NCBI RefSeq assembly: GCF_036971445.1 | Contig: NC_091475.1 | Coordinates: 54,126,001 to 54,190,000, forward strand | DNA from: Narcine bancroftii | Taxonomy: Eukaryota | DNA length: 64,000 bases | Direction: 5' to 3' | Shown here: in pieces, positions 39,691 through 51,400 of the stretch | How the letters are laid out: each line of letters opens with the position of its first letter | How positions within the stretch are numbered: the stretch's first letter is position 1 | The notes under the pieces: model-generated | The model's input: the letters and a program-made list of their open reading frames with translations, nothing else | What the model was told of the DNA's origin: nothing | Database searches by the model: none | Made by a program: the position numbers and the translations under genes

Positions 39691-39821
39691 ATTACTTACA
39701 ATATTAAACAATGGAGTGAATTTTTCCCTAAACCTCAGAGAATAAGACGCAGGTTCACTTTCATCATCGCCAAGCTATTTTCCTGTTGCACTCCACAACA
39801 TGTTTAATTATCTTTCTCCTC

Positions 39822-40028
39822 TGGTGATATGTATACAAGTGGCTGGCCCACCCACTGTTGACTCGATCCCTAATAACTCCTCCCCTTGTGACCTGGCCAT
39901 AAAGGTCCACCTCCCTCTCCCTCTCCATTCATTCAACCACATGGAGTCGGGCCAGCTACAATCTAAAATATATTAAAGCCTATCGTTCTCACTCTCAGCC
40001 TTTGGAGTCATTGATAGAGCATATTACC
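39822..40028 (+). mobile_element. short solo-LTR-like element
   Basis: TGGTGATATG...CATATTACC inverted termini, approximate TSD TCCTC/TCCTT, ATTAAAGCCT signal. Confidence 0.6.
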
Positions 40029-40279
40029 TCCTTTCCACTATGGAGTGAACTGGCACACCCTGAACCCACCTGTGACTATTGACCATTGGAAAGATTCAGC
40101 ATAAACCCAGCAAAGGAGAATATATCTACTGGAATTGATCAGAGAAAGGAAATTCATGAAAGAGTAATTGACAAGGAGTAGAATAAATTCTGGTTTGAGC
40201 TGATTAGCAGAAATTGACAAATCCTAAATTATTGGAAAAGGAGTCAAGGAAATATGAAAAGAGCTTTGGGTGAGAGCAA

Positions 40280-41460
40280 ATGGAAAGATCTGGTTTGAGT
40301 TTAAGAGTAAGGAAGTCACATAGGTGGCCCAGTTGCCATGCAAGGGTGTAGATTAGTGGGGTGCAAATTGGGTGGCATGGACCGTTACAGCCTGTTACAG
40401 AGCTGTATGTCTAATTAAAAAAAAATCATTGCTGCTTCAAAGACTTTGAATCAGCTATAATTAGAATCTTGTGTGCAATTTTGGTCTCCCCATCAACAAA
40501 AGGAATTGGAGGCTTTGGAAAGGGTACAAAAGAAATTTACCAGGATGTCAGGGCTGGCATGCGTAGGCCATGCCCCCCAAAATGACTTATTGTGCCCCCC
40601 AGCACTAGCATCATTAGTGTGAGCACAGGATATAAGTAAACACGTTTGTGTGTTCCGTCGGAAGGAGGGGGAAGTGTGACAGCGGCACCCGCACCCCCTC
40701 CCCCCCGATGAGAGAGTCTTGGAGTGTCAATTTGTTGGTGTCACCACCCCCCTCCCCCCCCACCCTCCGCCACGGTACGCCTAATTTCCTTGTGGTGGAA
40801 TGTGGTATTGCAGGCATGACCTCGCTGGCCTGCCTTTCTGTACCCTGTAAGATCCCTAATAAAGGCCGAGAGCCCTAGTGACCTCCCTCATTCCTGCCGT
40901 GGACATGAGCCAGCAGCATGTAGAGGGTTGCCGGGAGCTTTCTGGTTAATAAAGCCTTTGACTACTTGCTTCGTAAATGCAAGTGGTCATTGATCGTGCC
41001 ACAGTCCCCCATTAGACTTGTTCTGACCCTAACCCTGCAACCTGCTGTTGGATTAGAAAGCATGAGCTGTGGGGAGAAGTTTGACGCACCTGGGTTGTTT
41101 TCTCTGGAGTGCTGGAGGCTGAGGGGAGACCTGATTGAGGTTTCTCACCCTATGAGAGGCATAGGCAGGGTGGGTAGGCAGAATCGCTTCCCCAGGATGA
41201 AATTGTCAGTTTTAAGAGTACATGTTTAAGGTGATGGGAAAGATTCTAAGGAGATGTGCAGGGCAAATCACCCGAGGTTGGTGCCTGCAATGAGCTGCCA
41301 GGAGTAGTGATGAAATAGCAGCGTTTAATGGACACATGAATATGTAGGGAATAGAGGGATATGTTTCATGTGGAAGTTGCAGAATCTGAGTTTAATTTGG
41401 GCATTGTGTTCAGCACAGACACATGGTCCAAAGGGCCTGTTCCTTTACTGCATTGCTCCT
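40280..41460 (+). mobile_element. CR1 3' remnant with nested insertions
   Basis: LERVQKKFTRM...GLFSLECWRLRGDLIEV, split at ~40548-41040. Confidence 0.75.
40791..41003 (+). mobile_element. short solo-LTR-like element
   Basis: TGTGG...CCACA termini; AATAAAGCCT; similar to 3691-3903. Confidence 0.6.
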
Positions 41461-41544
41461 TGCAGCTTGTTTTCTCTTGCGGGAAAAGTTAAGGGAAGAA
41501 TGTATAGATGCCACAGAACAGTTGTAACCATCTCAGCAACTAAG

Positions 41545-42025
41545 AAGTTCTTGAGCTCCAAATGCATCGGTGGAGGTGAGGATGCACATTCGGCCTGTCA
41601 CAACTTCTACAGGTGCACCATCGAAAGCATCCTGTCGGAACAGGAACTGGTCTACCAGCAAGAAACTGCAGGAGGTTGTGAACGTGGATCAAGCCATCAC
41701 ACAAACTCACCCTCCTCTCCTTCACTGACTTCTTCGATATCACCTGCTGCCAACATACTAAAACATCTGTCCCACACCAGTCATACTCTCTTCATTCACC
41801 TTCTCATCAGGATGAATGCTCATGAGCCTGAGATCACGCCACACGAGATTAAAGGACAGTTTCTTTCTTATCATTACCAGACTCCTCAATAAACTTTAAA
41901 GAGCAAAATTATGCTGTCTTTGTTCTGTACCATCTGATCTCTCTGCAATTCGGCACATCTGCAATTTTCTTACTTCTACAATACACGAGACGTCTTCTCG
42001 GTCTGCTTGCAAGACAACCTCTCTC
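41545..42025 (+). mobile_element. Rex1-type LINE 3' fragment
   Basis: NFYRCTIESILS motif. Confidence 0.7.
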
Positions 42026-43110
42026 ACTGCCTCTTGGTGCAAGTGACAGCTTGAATTTGGACGAACAGGTTTACAGACAGTGGTTCGAATAGTGCTGCTC
42101 TGCTCTCCATGCTGATATGATTCCGACAGAACACGGAGCGTAGAGAATCTTTAAACCTTTCAACTTCAGGAACTGAAGATTGGGTCAAAGTGACAAGATT
42201 CTGAGAAATTGAAGTATATCCTGGTGTGAAGACATCAAGCACGGAGGTCTTGGAAAAGTAACCACAACTTGGCAAAATTATGCATAATGCGGGAATGCGG
42301 AACCCTTGCACAAGTGGATTATTTTAGTTGGGTGAAACAGAACGACTTGTAATTATTTTTTTAATTGTCATTACTGATTCCTTAATTTCATACAAAGTTT
42401 TTTTTTCCCACTGATCTCAATCCTCTTCATTTAAAACAGCTTTCTTGCCTATCTCTTTGCTTCTGTATCTTTGTGTTTCACCATGCAAGCCTACAACAAG
42501 GTGTTCCAAAACAATAGCTGAGTATTGTTCATTAGTTAGCAAGAGGCAGCATCATGGCTAGCTACTTTTTATTTCCAGCTTATTTTTTTAAACTGATAAC
42601 TGGATCTGCTTTGAAGTAATTGAAGAGATAGTTTCATACATTTCTTGAGGGAAAAAAAAATTATTGAAAATTTCAAAAACATGGCACATGTACAACTTAC
42701 CCTGTCAATGAAACTGCTTTGGTGACATTCACGAGTAAAATCAAGTGTTACATTGCATCCTAATGGTTGAGATTGACTATTTTAAGGTTTATTACCTGTC
42801 TTTGAAATTAAGCACATCATTTTTCATCTAAATATTATTTCCTGTTATAGAAGAGCAGTGATGGGCCCAAAATTATTACAAATTTCTTGCACTTTAAATT
42901 GCCTGTAAATCAATTGCGATTTTTACCTTTCCGAGTTGGGCCACGCGCAGCATTTATTGCTTACAGCTGAATATCACGCTCAAAACCATCCATCATACAG
43001 TTATAACCTCATACTAGATTCCTTAATCTGAAAATAGGACTTTTCAATTTGGGTAAAAAGTTCTGCTTTGCTTCCAAGTTCCATTCTTACTTTTTCAAAG
43101 AGATACTGAC

Positions 43111-43194
43111 CTATCTTGCAAATCTGTCGCTTGGCTTTCCAGCAATAAATGCTATCCATCAATGGAAGCGCATCAAAGTTTTGTTTGAACAGCC
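43111..43194 (-). CDS. candidate internal exon of an unidentified gene
   Basis: acceptor ttctctgcttccccag, donor gtcagt, one open frame LFKQNFDALPLMDSIYCWKAKRQICKI. Confidence 0.25.
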
Positions 43195-43195
43195 C

Positions 43196-43791
43196 TGGGG
43201 AAGCAGAGAATCTTCTCACCTTTTCTCTCATTCTCTTTCTCCCTATTGCAATTTTTCTGCTCTCCACAGGAATTCAGTTCCAAACTCAAATGTGACAAAA
43301 GGAAAAAAAGAGTATAAATAAAATCTGTACAGAACCCTTCAATGTTTCAAAATAAACATTGTTTTTGGACAAGGCAATGCACACTCTCATAATATGGACA
43401 CTGGAGTTTGGTATTTTCAATAGAATTAACTGCTCGTCTATTTGTGAAATCATGATTATGACTGAATATATATTTGTATTAAAGGTAAAGGTTCCATTAT
43501 TGTCACGTATTAATACATTTCAAATGTAACATACATGAAATTCTTTAACCTTGCTACCGTAAAGCAGACAGAGAGTCGCCACTTTGTTCAGCACCCCTCA
43601 CAGAAACCAACAGCATCTGGTGTTCCTCAGCGGTCACCCCTCTGAGTACTGACCAGTCCTGAGCTTGCTTAGCTTCTGAGACCAGACAATCTCAGGTGTA
43701 TTCGGACTATAAGGTGGGGAAGCAGAGAATCTTCTCACCTTTTCTCTCATTCTCTTTCTCCCTATTGCAATTTTCTGCTCTCCACAGGAAT
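43196..43791. repeat. 78-bp direct duplication (43196-43273 and 43715-43791)
   Basis: identical except for one T in a T-run. Confidence 0.95.
43481..43714 (-). mobile_element. 5S rRNA-derived SINE (SINE3-type)
   Basis: 43714-43604 minus aligns by eye to vertebrate 5S (GAAGCTAAGCA box A, GGTCAGTACT..GACCGC box C region); unique body; GTGACAATAATGGAACCTTTACCTTT tail. Confidence 0.88.
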
Positions 43792-43953
43792 CTGACAAAA
43801 TTTTGACGTGCTCAAATTAATGTAGTGTATACTGGGAAGTCAACAAATTCTGCAGGTTCAGTATTTCTGGCTTTTAACCTGCTTGCTAGCACCCACGGAG
43901 GCACTTTGAGATTGTGAATTACTTTAAGAGGAAATTACAAGTTAGGGCTAAAT

Positions 43954-44308
43954 CAGTGGTTTTCAAACTGTCCCTCTAAACTCACATTCCACCTTAAGTA
44001 TTCTTTATGCCATAGGTGCTCTGTGATTAGTAAGGGATTGCTGAAGGTGGGATGTGGGTGGAAAAAAAAGTTTGAAAACCACTGCTTTAATCATACCTCA
44101 TTGACTCATTATGTGCATGGTTTCAAAATTCCAAAGGAAATGGACCAATGACAATTCAGTAACAACTGGGTCAAGAGCAGTGGTTCTCAACCTTCCCTTC
44201 CCACTCACATCCCACCTTCGGCAATCCCTTACTAATCACAGAGGACTAGTGGCATAGGGAACGCTTAAGGTGGAATATGATTTTAGGGGGGCAGTTTGAA
44301 AAACACTG
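43954..44308. mobile_element. hAT composite MITE, second copy in opposite orientation
   Basis: CAGTG...CACTG; same two hairpins and spacer as 22021-22374; TSD degenerate (GGCTAAAT/GATGAAAT). Confidence 0.88.
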
Positions 44309-44984
44309 GATGAAATTCTCTACAGTGAAAATAACGGAAATTTGTACCTTGCCAACATTTTGAACAACATCAAAATGCGATCATCTGCAGCAGGAATTAT
44401 GATTGCACAGTCAACACTGCAGCTGAAATGGCACAACTTGAATTAAATCAGCTTTGCATTGCACCAGGACAGGCATGGCTCAGCTGTTCAATCAACATGG
44501 TGACTCAACAATTACTTCAGTGAAAAAAACAAAACCCAAGCAATTCTGAACTCCTTTCCATTCATAAACTCATTGGCTCCTTCACTAGAAATCATGCATA
44601 TGATCATTCAAGCCACTTGGGCAAAAAAACTCTTCCAAAATGATTCATTCCATTCAATTTTGCTGCTCCTTGCTTCAAAAAAATAATTCAAACTTTGTTT
44701 GGCATTGGCAAAACCAAAATTCTTGATGTACTATTGTTCTCTCAATTCTTGGATGATATATTTAATTGGGATCCCCATTTATTAGTCCCAATAGATGTCT
44801 AGGCTTCCAATTTCAATAGAAAACAGAAGGCATTCATGTGTCCTGGTCAACAATCAATGGTTCACCAGCCGATTAATTGGCCATTCATCCTGTTGTTGTC
44901 TATTTAACTATCAAAGATGAAAAGATGTAATGCAATGTCTGCTGTGCATATCGGAACATAATGTCACCCAATTGCAAGTTCACA

Positions 44985-45745
44985 AGATCACAACATAAAT
45001 GTACAGAAGTAGGCCATTCATCCCATTGAGTCTGCTTCACAAATCCACCCTGAGCCAAACCATTCTCACATCTAGTTCCAATTTCTGGCCTTTTCCCCAT
45101 ATCCCTCAGTACCCTGACTAATTAGATACCTATCAATCTTCTCCTTCAACTCCCGCAATGATCAGGCCTCCACAGCTGTATGTGGCAACAAATTCCACAA
45201 ATCCACGACCCTCTGGCTAAAGAATTTTCTCCTCATCTATGTTTTAAATGGGTACCTTCTAATTCTAAGACTGCGCCCTCTTGTTCTGGATTCACCCACC
45301 AAGGGAAACATCTTATTCACATCTACTCTGACCAATCCTTTTAGCATTCAAAATGTTTCTATGAGATCCCCTTTCATTCTTCTCTACTCCAGTGAATACA
45401 GTCCAAGAGCTGATAAATGTTCCTCATATGTTAGCCCTTGTATTCCAGAAGTAGTCCTATAGAGCTAAATTCCTTCTAAGATAAGGGGCCCAAAACTGCA
45501 CACAGTTACTCCAAATGAGGATACACCAGTGTCCTATAGAGCTTCATCAACACTTCTCTACCTCTTACACATCATTCCTCTTGAAATAAATGCCAACTTA
45601 GCATTTGCTTTCTTTACTGCCGATCCAACCTTGTGGTTAACATTTGCGCTATCCCCAAGTCCCTTTTCACTTCTGAATAGTGAATTTCCTCCCCGTCTAA
45701 ATAATAATCTGCCTGTTTATTTCCTCTTCCAAAGTGTACAACTGA
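44985..45745 (-). mobile_element. CR1 3' part
   Basis: VVHFGRGNKQADYYLDGE and RVVDLWNLLP on minus strand. Confidence 0.85.
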
Positions 45746-45752
45746 TGTTGAT

Positions 45753-46716
45753 TGTCCTGGGTATTGTAGCCCACAAGGATAGTTTGAGCCTTGATTGGGA
45801 TCCTTTTTCATGGTTAGCTGGTACATTTGGGGGATTGGGCCACACTATTGTCCATTGATTGCTCGCATTATTGCTTATTTTTGTGATTATTGTAGTTTTG
45901 GTTTCTCTTTTTCGCCCCTTCTGTACTCTTATGCTTGTTAGGTCTCGTAAGTGAAAGACTGTGACCAAGGGGTGGAATGTATTGGAGGATTTAAACCATG
46001 CTTTTTGCTTCAGCTTTAAACTATGTTTTTTGCTCTTGCAAGGCTGAGAATCAGTAACCTCCTTGAGGCTCAGCAGACATAAGCTAAATTCCACCATGGG
46101 GTCCAGAGATGCAGTTATTTGACAAAAAGACATCTGTGTACCAAGAACATTTAATCTTCTTGCTTGTTTTGGTCACAGTCTTTCAGGCAGAGACCTAATC
46201 TTGACGCAAAATAAACCATTGTATTCAAAGTGATAAGCTGAAAGTTGTGTTATTCGATAGAAGCCTAGGCATGCTAGCTTGCTTGCTTATCTTTCTTTCT
46301 GTGCTGGGAATAGGTGCTTGACTAAGTAGTTTTTGGGTAATATAAGCCATGGTCCCATTGCTGAAGTTTGAGACTCTCCGAGAGGTGGCAACATCTCTCA
46401 GCAAGAAGAAGAACTTCTAGAGTCCAGCCAACATCCCGGTTGGGGGAGGTGGAGAAGCTGCTACTGGCGTACCGACAACCTACTACAAGTGTGCAGTCAT
46501 TGACTCGCCTCGGCAGTTCGGACCAGTCCAGGCATTGATAAGTATAATTGGGCAGGGCTTGCATGTTGTAGTTTGATATCAGCTTTAGAATTTGTAATAA
46601 AGATTTCTATAAACTGAAGTGCTCTCGGTGTGTGTGTGTCTCTTTTCTTTCGGTCGCTCAAACACTGTGACCAATCTAAAATGAACAAAGTGAGAGATAC
46701 AAGTTTACCCAGGACA
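45753..46716 (+). mobile_element. solo LTR (964 bp) of a retrovirus-like element
   Basis: perfect 11-bp inverted termini TGTCCTGGGTA/TACCCAGGACA; perfect 5-bp TSD TTGAT; TATAA at 46341; AATAAA at 46596. Confidence 0.9.
45754..45954 (+). pseudogene. env-like membrane-proximal and transmembrane coding relic inside the LTR
   Basis: DWDPFSWLAGTFGGLGHTIVH*LLALLLIFVIIVVLVSLFRPFCTLMLVRSRK* (one internal stop), then PPT-like AAGGGGTGGAA and TGT. Confidence 0.6.
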
Positions 46717-46849
46717 TTGATATCCTTGTTGTCCTGGTGTTCTAGGGCTGAGAGAAAGGACAGGGAAATGGCATCTACTATGGACCTGTTCGGTGCTAAG
46801 CAAGCTAAATTAGTTCGATGGTGGCTGATAGGCTGGAGTTAATCGAGCC

Positions 46850-47400
46850 ATGCCTAACCTCTCAAAACATGAATCGTGGATGTTTTTACCATTGGCCAAG
46901 AGTCATATGGGCCCATTACTACATTGTTTGTTGGCACCTGGATGATAATGGCCTTCTTGAAGCAGGTGGGTACCTCAGCCTCACTAGAGAAAAATGAAGA
47001 AGTTATCTGTGAATATAGCTGCCAGTTGGCATGTGAAGATGTAGAGAATGTATCCAAGTGACTGCCGCTTCCTGTGTGTTCATTGTCCGGTAGGACGATC
47101 TGAGATCTATGGTAAATGTGGGTTCAGGCATGCCTGAGGCAAGAGAGGAGTGTTCAATGAACTCACTGGCCTCTTGCTTGAAGTGAGCATAGGAAGCACA
47201 GAGCTCTTGCAGGAAGGATGCACGATTGTTTATTATTCTGCCCACCTGTAGGCCATGATAGCATGCATGCCCTCCTTTAATCATCTGGTGCACTCCTGGC
47301 TCTTGGCATCTCTGATGGTCTTGCTTACTTTGTACCTGCCTTTCACAAGGAGAACCTCTATGCCTCATCCCTGACTTTCAGTAGCACTGTTTAGTCATGG
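46850..47400 (-). mobile_element. Rex1-type LINE internal fragment
   Basis: EVPTCFKKAIIIQVP and LQEL..YAHF pre-RT motifs. Confidence 0.7.
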
Positions 47401-47710
47401 TTTCTGATGTGGAGTTCGGGGGGAAGGATGCATATTGCTAAGTGATAGGAAAAATCAGTTTCCCAATGTTAGATTATAACCAGGATGCCCACACAATGCA
47501 GTTTTAAAAAAAGAATCAATTCATTCTGTGTTGTACACATGATTTTTGTGAAGAATTCTGATGGAAATACAGAAACTTTGATAACATTAGAGTGAAGCAG
47601 CTATTTTGAATGACATGGTTTTGGTCAAATATCAATGGACTAGTCACTCTTGTCATTCATTCAACTCATTTCTCACTGCTTTAATGTACTTTTATCACTG
47701 GTAAAAATAA

Positions 47711-47915
47711 CTGGTAGCAAAAAATTAGGAAATGGCCGAGGCAGTGAACAAATATTTTGTGTGAGTCTTCACGGTGGAAGACACGTCCAGCATGCCCAAG
47801 TGCCAAGTTAAGGATGCGAATGTTGGGGAGGGTCTTGATAAAATAGTTGTTACAAAGGAAGTAGTGATGGAGAAACTAATGGGATGAAAGCCAGACAAAT
47901 CACCTGGTCCTGATG
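47711..47915 (+). repeat. isolated internal CR1 segment matching 49491-49696
   Basis: close match; both carry the in-frame TGA in MEKLMG*KPDKSPGPD. Confidence 0.85.
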
Positions 47916-48009
47916 TTTTCATCATGTGAGGTCCTTGCTCACCCACAAACACAAATTTGAATTAAAAATCAAATGAGTAACTTGATATGACTTTCATATT
48001 TCGAGCTGG

Positions 48010-48290
48010 ACAGATTCAGCAGGGAAATAGGCCAATTGAATGCACACCAATCATCCACCACCGTACATTTACACTGATCTGACATGAATTCCAGTTTTTA
48101 TACTTCTCTCATTCTCATAAACTCCTCCCAGATGTTCCCAATCACCAACACAATTAATAGTGGTCAATTAATCTGCCAACTGCATGTCTCTGGGATGTAG
48201 GAGAACCTAGAGGAAGCTCACACAGACGTCATACAAATAGGCCATCAATGAACCTGGGTATTTGGCAATGAGAAGGAGTAATTTCCGCTG
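48010..48290 (-). mobile_element. decayed V-SINE
   Basis: reverse-complement V core (TGGGATGTAGGAGAACC..GGAAGCTCACAC). Confidence 0.55.
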
Positions 48291-48707
48291 AAATCATTAT
48301 TACAATTATTCAACTTTTTTTTGACAGAAGCAGATGTTACATGTAATAGATCTGCTGATTCAACTATCTTTCTCTAATTTTTGCGCAGGAGCAATACACA
48401 TCTGAACTAAATTGTTATCTACCACTAATACAAGAAGAGCTTCAGGTAATTGTGCTAAGTACTTATATGCAATTATTCCAAGCGTTATTCAATAGACAGT
48501 ACTATCAGTCCCTGATCTGAGTCCAAGCTGTCACATCAATTATCAATTACAAAGGGGAAGGACTTTGAAGTGCTGTGATTAGGAGACAAATTGACATAAT
48601 TCCAAAATAGTTAAAGTATAATATGTCAATATGTATATACATCATAAATATCGATAGATAATCATCTGCAGGAAAAGTAAGGAAATAAAACCAAATAACA
48701 ATAGTTT

Positions 48708-51169
48708 AGTGCCACAGGAAATAAATAGAGAGATAAGTGAGGCATGTAATAATAATACGGCAGTAGTCATGGGGGACTTTAACTTCCACATAGATTGGGA
48801 AAATCAAGTTGGTCGTGGGATTCTGGAAGAGGACTTCATAGAATGCATCCGCGATAGCTTTCTTGAGCAGCATGTTAAGGAACCCACAAGAGAAAATGCT
48901 CTCCTGGATCTAGTGTTGTGCAATGAGATAGGTAGAGTAAATGATGTAATAGTCAAAGACCATCTGGGAAATAGCGATCATAGTATGATTGAATTTCTCA
49001 TTCAGATGGAAGGGGAAATAGTTAGATCTAAAACTAATATATTATGCTTAAACAGGGGTGACTACCATAGGATGAGGGAGGAATTGGGCAGAGTGGACTG
49101 GGAGCACAGGCTAATTGATGAAACAGTTGAGGAACAGTGGAAGATTTTCAAAGAAATATTTTGTAATGCTCAACAAAATATATATTCAAGTCAGGAAAAG
49201 GGGCAGCAAGGGAAGGAAAAATCAACCGTGGTTAACAAAAGAAATAAAGGAGAGTATAAAATCGAAGGCGCAGGTGTACAAAGCTGCAAAGAACAGTGGG
49301 AAACTGGAAGATTGGGATAACTTTAAGAGACAAGGGGTTACAAAGCAGGTAAAAAGAAATGGGAAAAAGGATTATGAAAGTAAATTGGCACAAAATATAA
49401 AAACAGAAAGCAAAAAATTTTATAAATATATAAAACGGAAGAGGGTGGCCAGAGGTAACATAGGACCCTTGGAGGATGAGAAAGTTAAATTGGTAGCAAA
49501 ACATGAGGAAATGGCCGAGACATTGAACAAATATTTTGTGTCAGTCTTCACAGTGGAAGACACGTCCAGCATGCCCAAATGCCGAATTAAGGATGCGAAT
49601 GTTGGGGGGGGGGTCTTGATAAAATAGTTGTTACAAAGGAAGTAGTGATGGAGAAACTAATGGGATGAAAGCCAGACAAATCACCTGGTCCTGATGATAT
49701 GCATTCAAGGGTTCTGAAGGAAATGGCAGAAGTTATAGTTGATGCGTTGGTGGTCATATACCAAAATTCCTTGGATTCTGGGCAGGTCCTGGCAGACTGG
49801 AAGACAGCAAATGTCACACCACTTTTTAAGAAGGGATGTAGGCAGAAGACTGGAAATTATTGGCCAATTAGCTTGACGTCTGTAGTTGGAAAAATGCTTG
49901 AAGCCGTCATTAAAGATGAAATAGTGAAACTTTCGGAACCTAAGGGTTCAATCAGGCAGTCGCAGAAAGGGAAGATCTTGTTTAACAAACTTGTTAGGAT
50001 TCTTTGAGGATATAATGGATGCGGTGGATAGAGGGGAACAGGTTGATGTTGTATATTTGGATTTCCAGAAAGCGTTTGATAAGGTGCCGCACAAGAGACT
50101 TATCAGTAAGTTACAGGAAAGTGGAGTCCGGGGAAAATTGGTTTTCTGACAGGAGGCAGAGAGTTGGGATAAGTGGGAGTTTTTCAGGTTGGCAGAGAGT
50201 GGTAAGTGGGGTGCCGCAGGGGTTGGTGCTAGGCCCACATCTGTTCATCATTTACATTGATGACTTGGAGGAGGGGACAAAATGTGGTGTAGCCAAGTTT
50301 GCGGATGACACCAAGTTGAGTAGAAGAGCAAATTGTAATGAGGATGTGGAGAGTCTGCAGAGGGATATAGTTAAGCTGGATGAGTGGGCAAAGGTCTGGC
50401 AGATGGAGTACAATGTTAGTAAGTGTGAGGTTATCCACTTTGGCAAGAAAAATAAAAGAGCTGAATATTATTTAAAGGGTGAAAAACTATAGCATGCCGT
50501 TGTGCAGAGGGACTTGGGAGGGCTTGTGCATGAATCGCAAAAAGTTAGGTTGCGGGTGCAGCAGGTCATTAAGAAGGCAAATGGAATGTTGGCCTTCATC
50601 GCTAGAGGAATTGAATTCAGAAGTAGGGAGGTAATGTTGCAACTGTATAAGTTCTGATCTCCATATTTGAGGAAGGATATATTGGCTTTGGAGACGGTCC
50701 AGAGGAGGTTTACTAGGTTGATCCCTGGATGAAGGGGTTGACTTATGATGAAAGATTAAATCGTCTAGGATTGTATTCGCTCGAGCTCAGAAACATATAG
50801 GATTATGAAGGGTATGGAGGATAGATGTAGGAAGTTTTTTGAGCTGGCTGGGGAAACTAAAACGAGAGGACACAGTCTCAAGATTCGGGGGAGTAGATTT
50901 AGGACAGAGATGAGGAAAAATAGTTTTTCCCAGAGAGTAGTGAATGTTTGGAATTCTCTAACCAGGGAAGTTGTTGAGGCTGCTTCATTAAACATATTTA
51001 AATTCAGTTCGATAAATTTTTACATGATAGAGGAATAAGGGGATATGGGGAGAAGGCAGGTAGGTGGAGTTAGGTCATAAATTAGATCAGCCATGATCTT
51101 ATTGAATGGCGGAGCAGGCTCGATGGGCCATTTTTGGCCTACTCCTGTTCCTACTTCCTATGTTCCTAT
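48708..51169 (+). mobile_element. CR1 LINE ORF2 (endonuclease end, RT, 3' UTR), frameshifted
   Basis: VVMGDFNF, LLDLVL, LGNSDH (APE); DWKTANVTPLFKKG, SGVPQG.VLGP.LF, KFADDTK (RT); RVVNVWNSL; tail TTCCTATGTTCCTAT. Confidence 0.95.
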
Positions 51170-51400
51170 AATGGCTGAATCGCGCCGTTACAGCGCCTGT
51201 GACCCAAGGTGGAATCTGACGCTGTCTGTAGGGCGCTCGTCCATTCTCCCTGAGATCTGCGTGGGTTTTCTCCAGTGCTCCAGTTTCCTCCCATCCTCCA
51301 AAACTTGCGGGGTTGGGCAGTTAATTGGGAGTAATTGGGTACCACAGGTTTCATGGGCCGGAAGCCTTCCGTTCATTTCATGTATTTTTCAAATGCAGAA
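51170..51400 (+). mobile_element. V-SINE
   Basis: TCTGCGTGGGTTTTCTCCAGTGCTCCAGTTTCCTCCCA V core. Confidence 0.75.

Noticed and set aside
43604-43714. Functional 5S rRNA gene
   Set aside because: 5'-truncated, many substitutions, and fused to a SINE body and tail.
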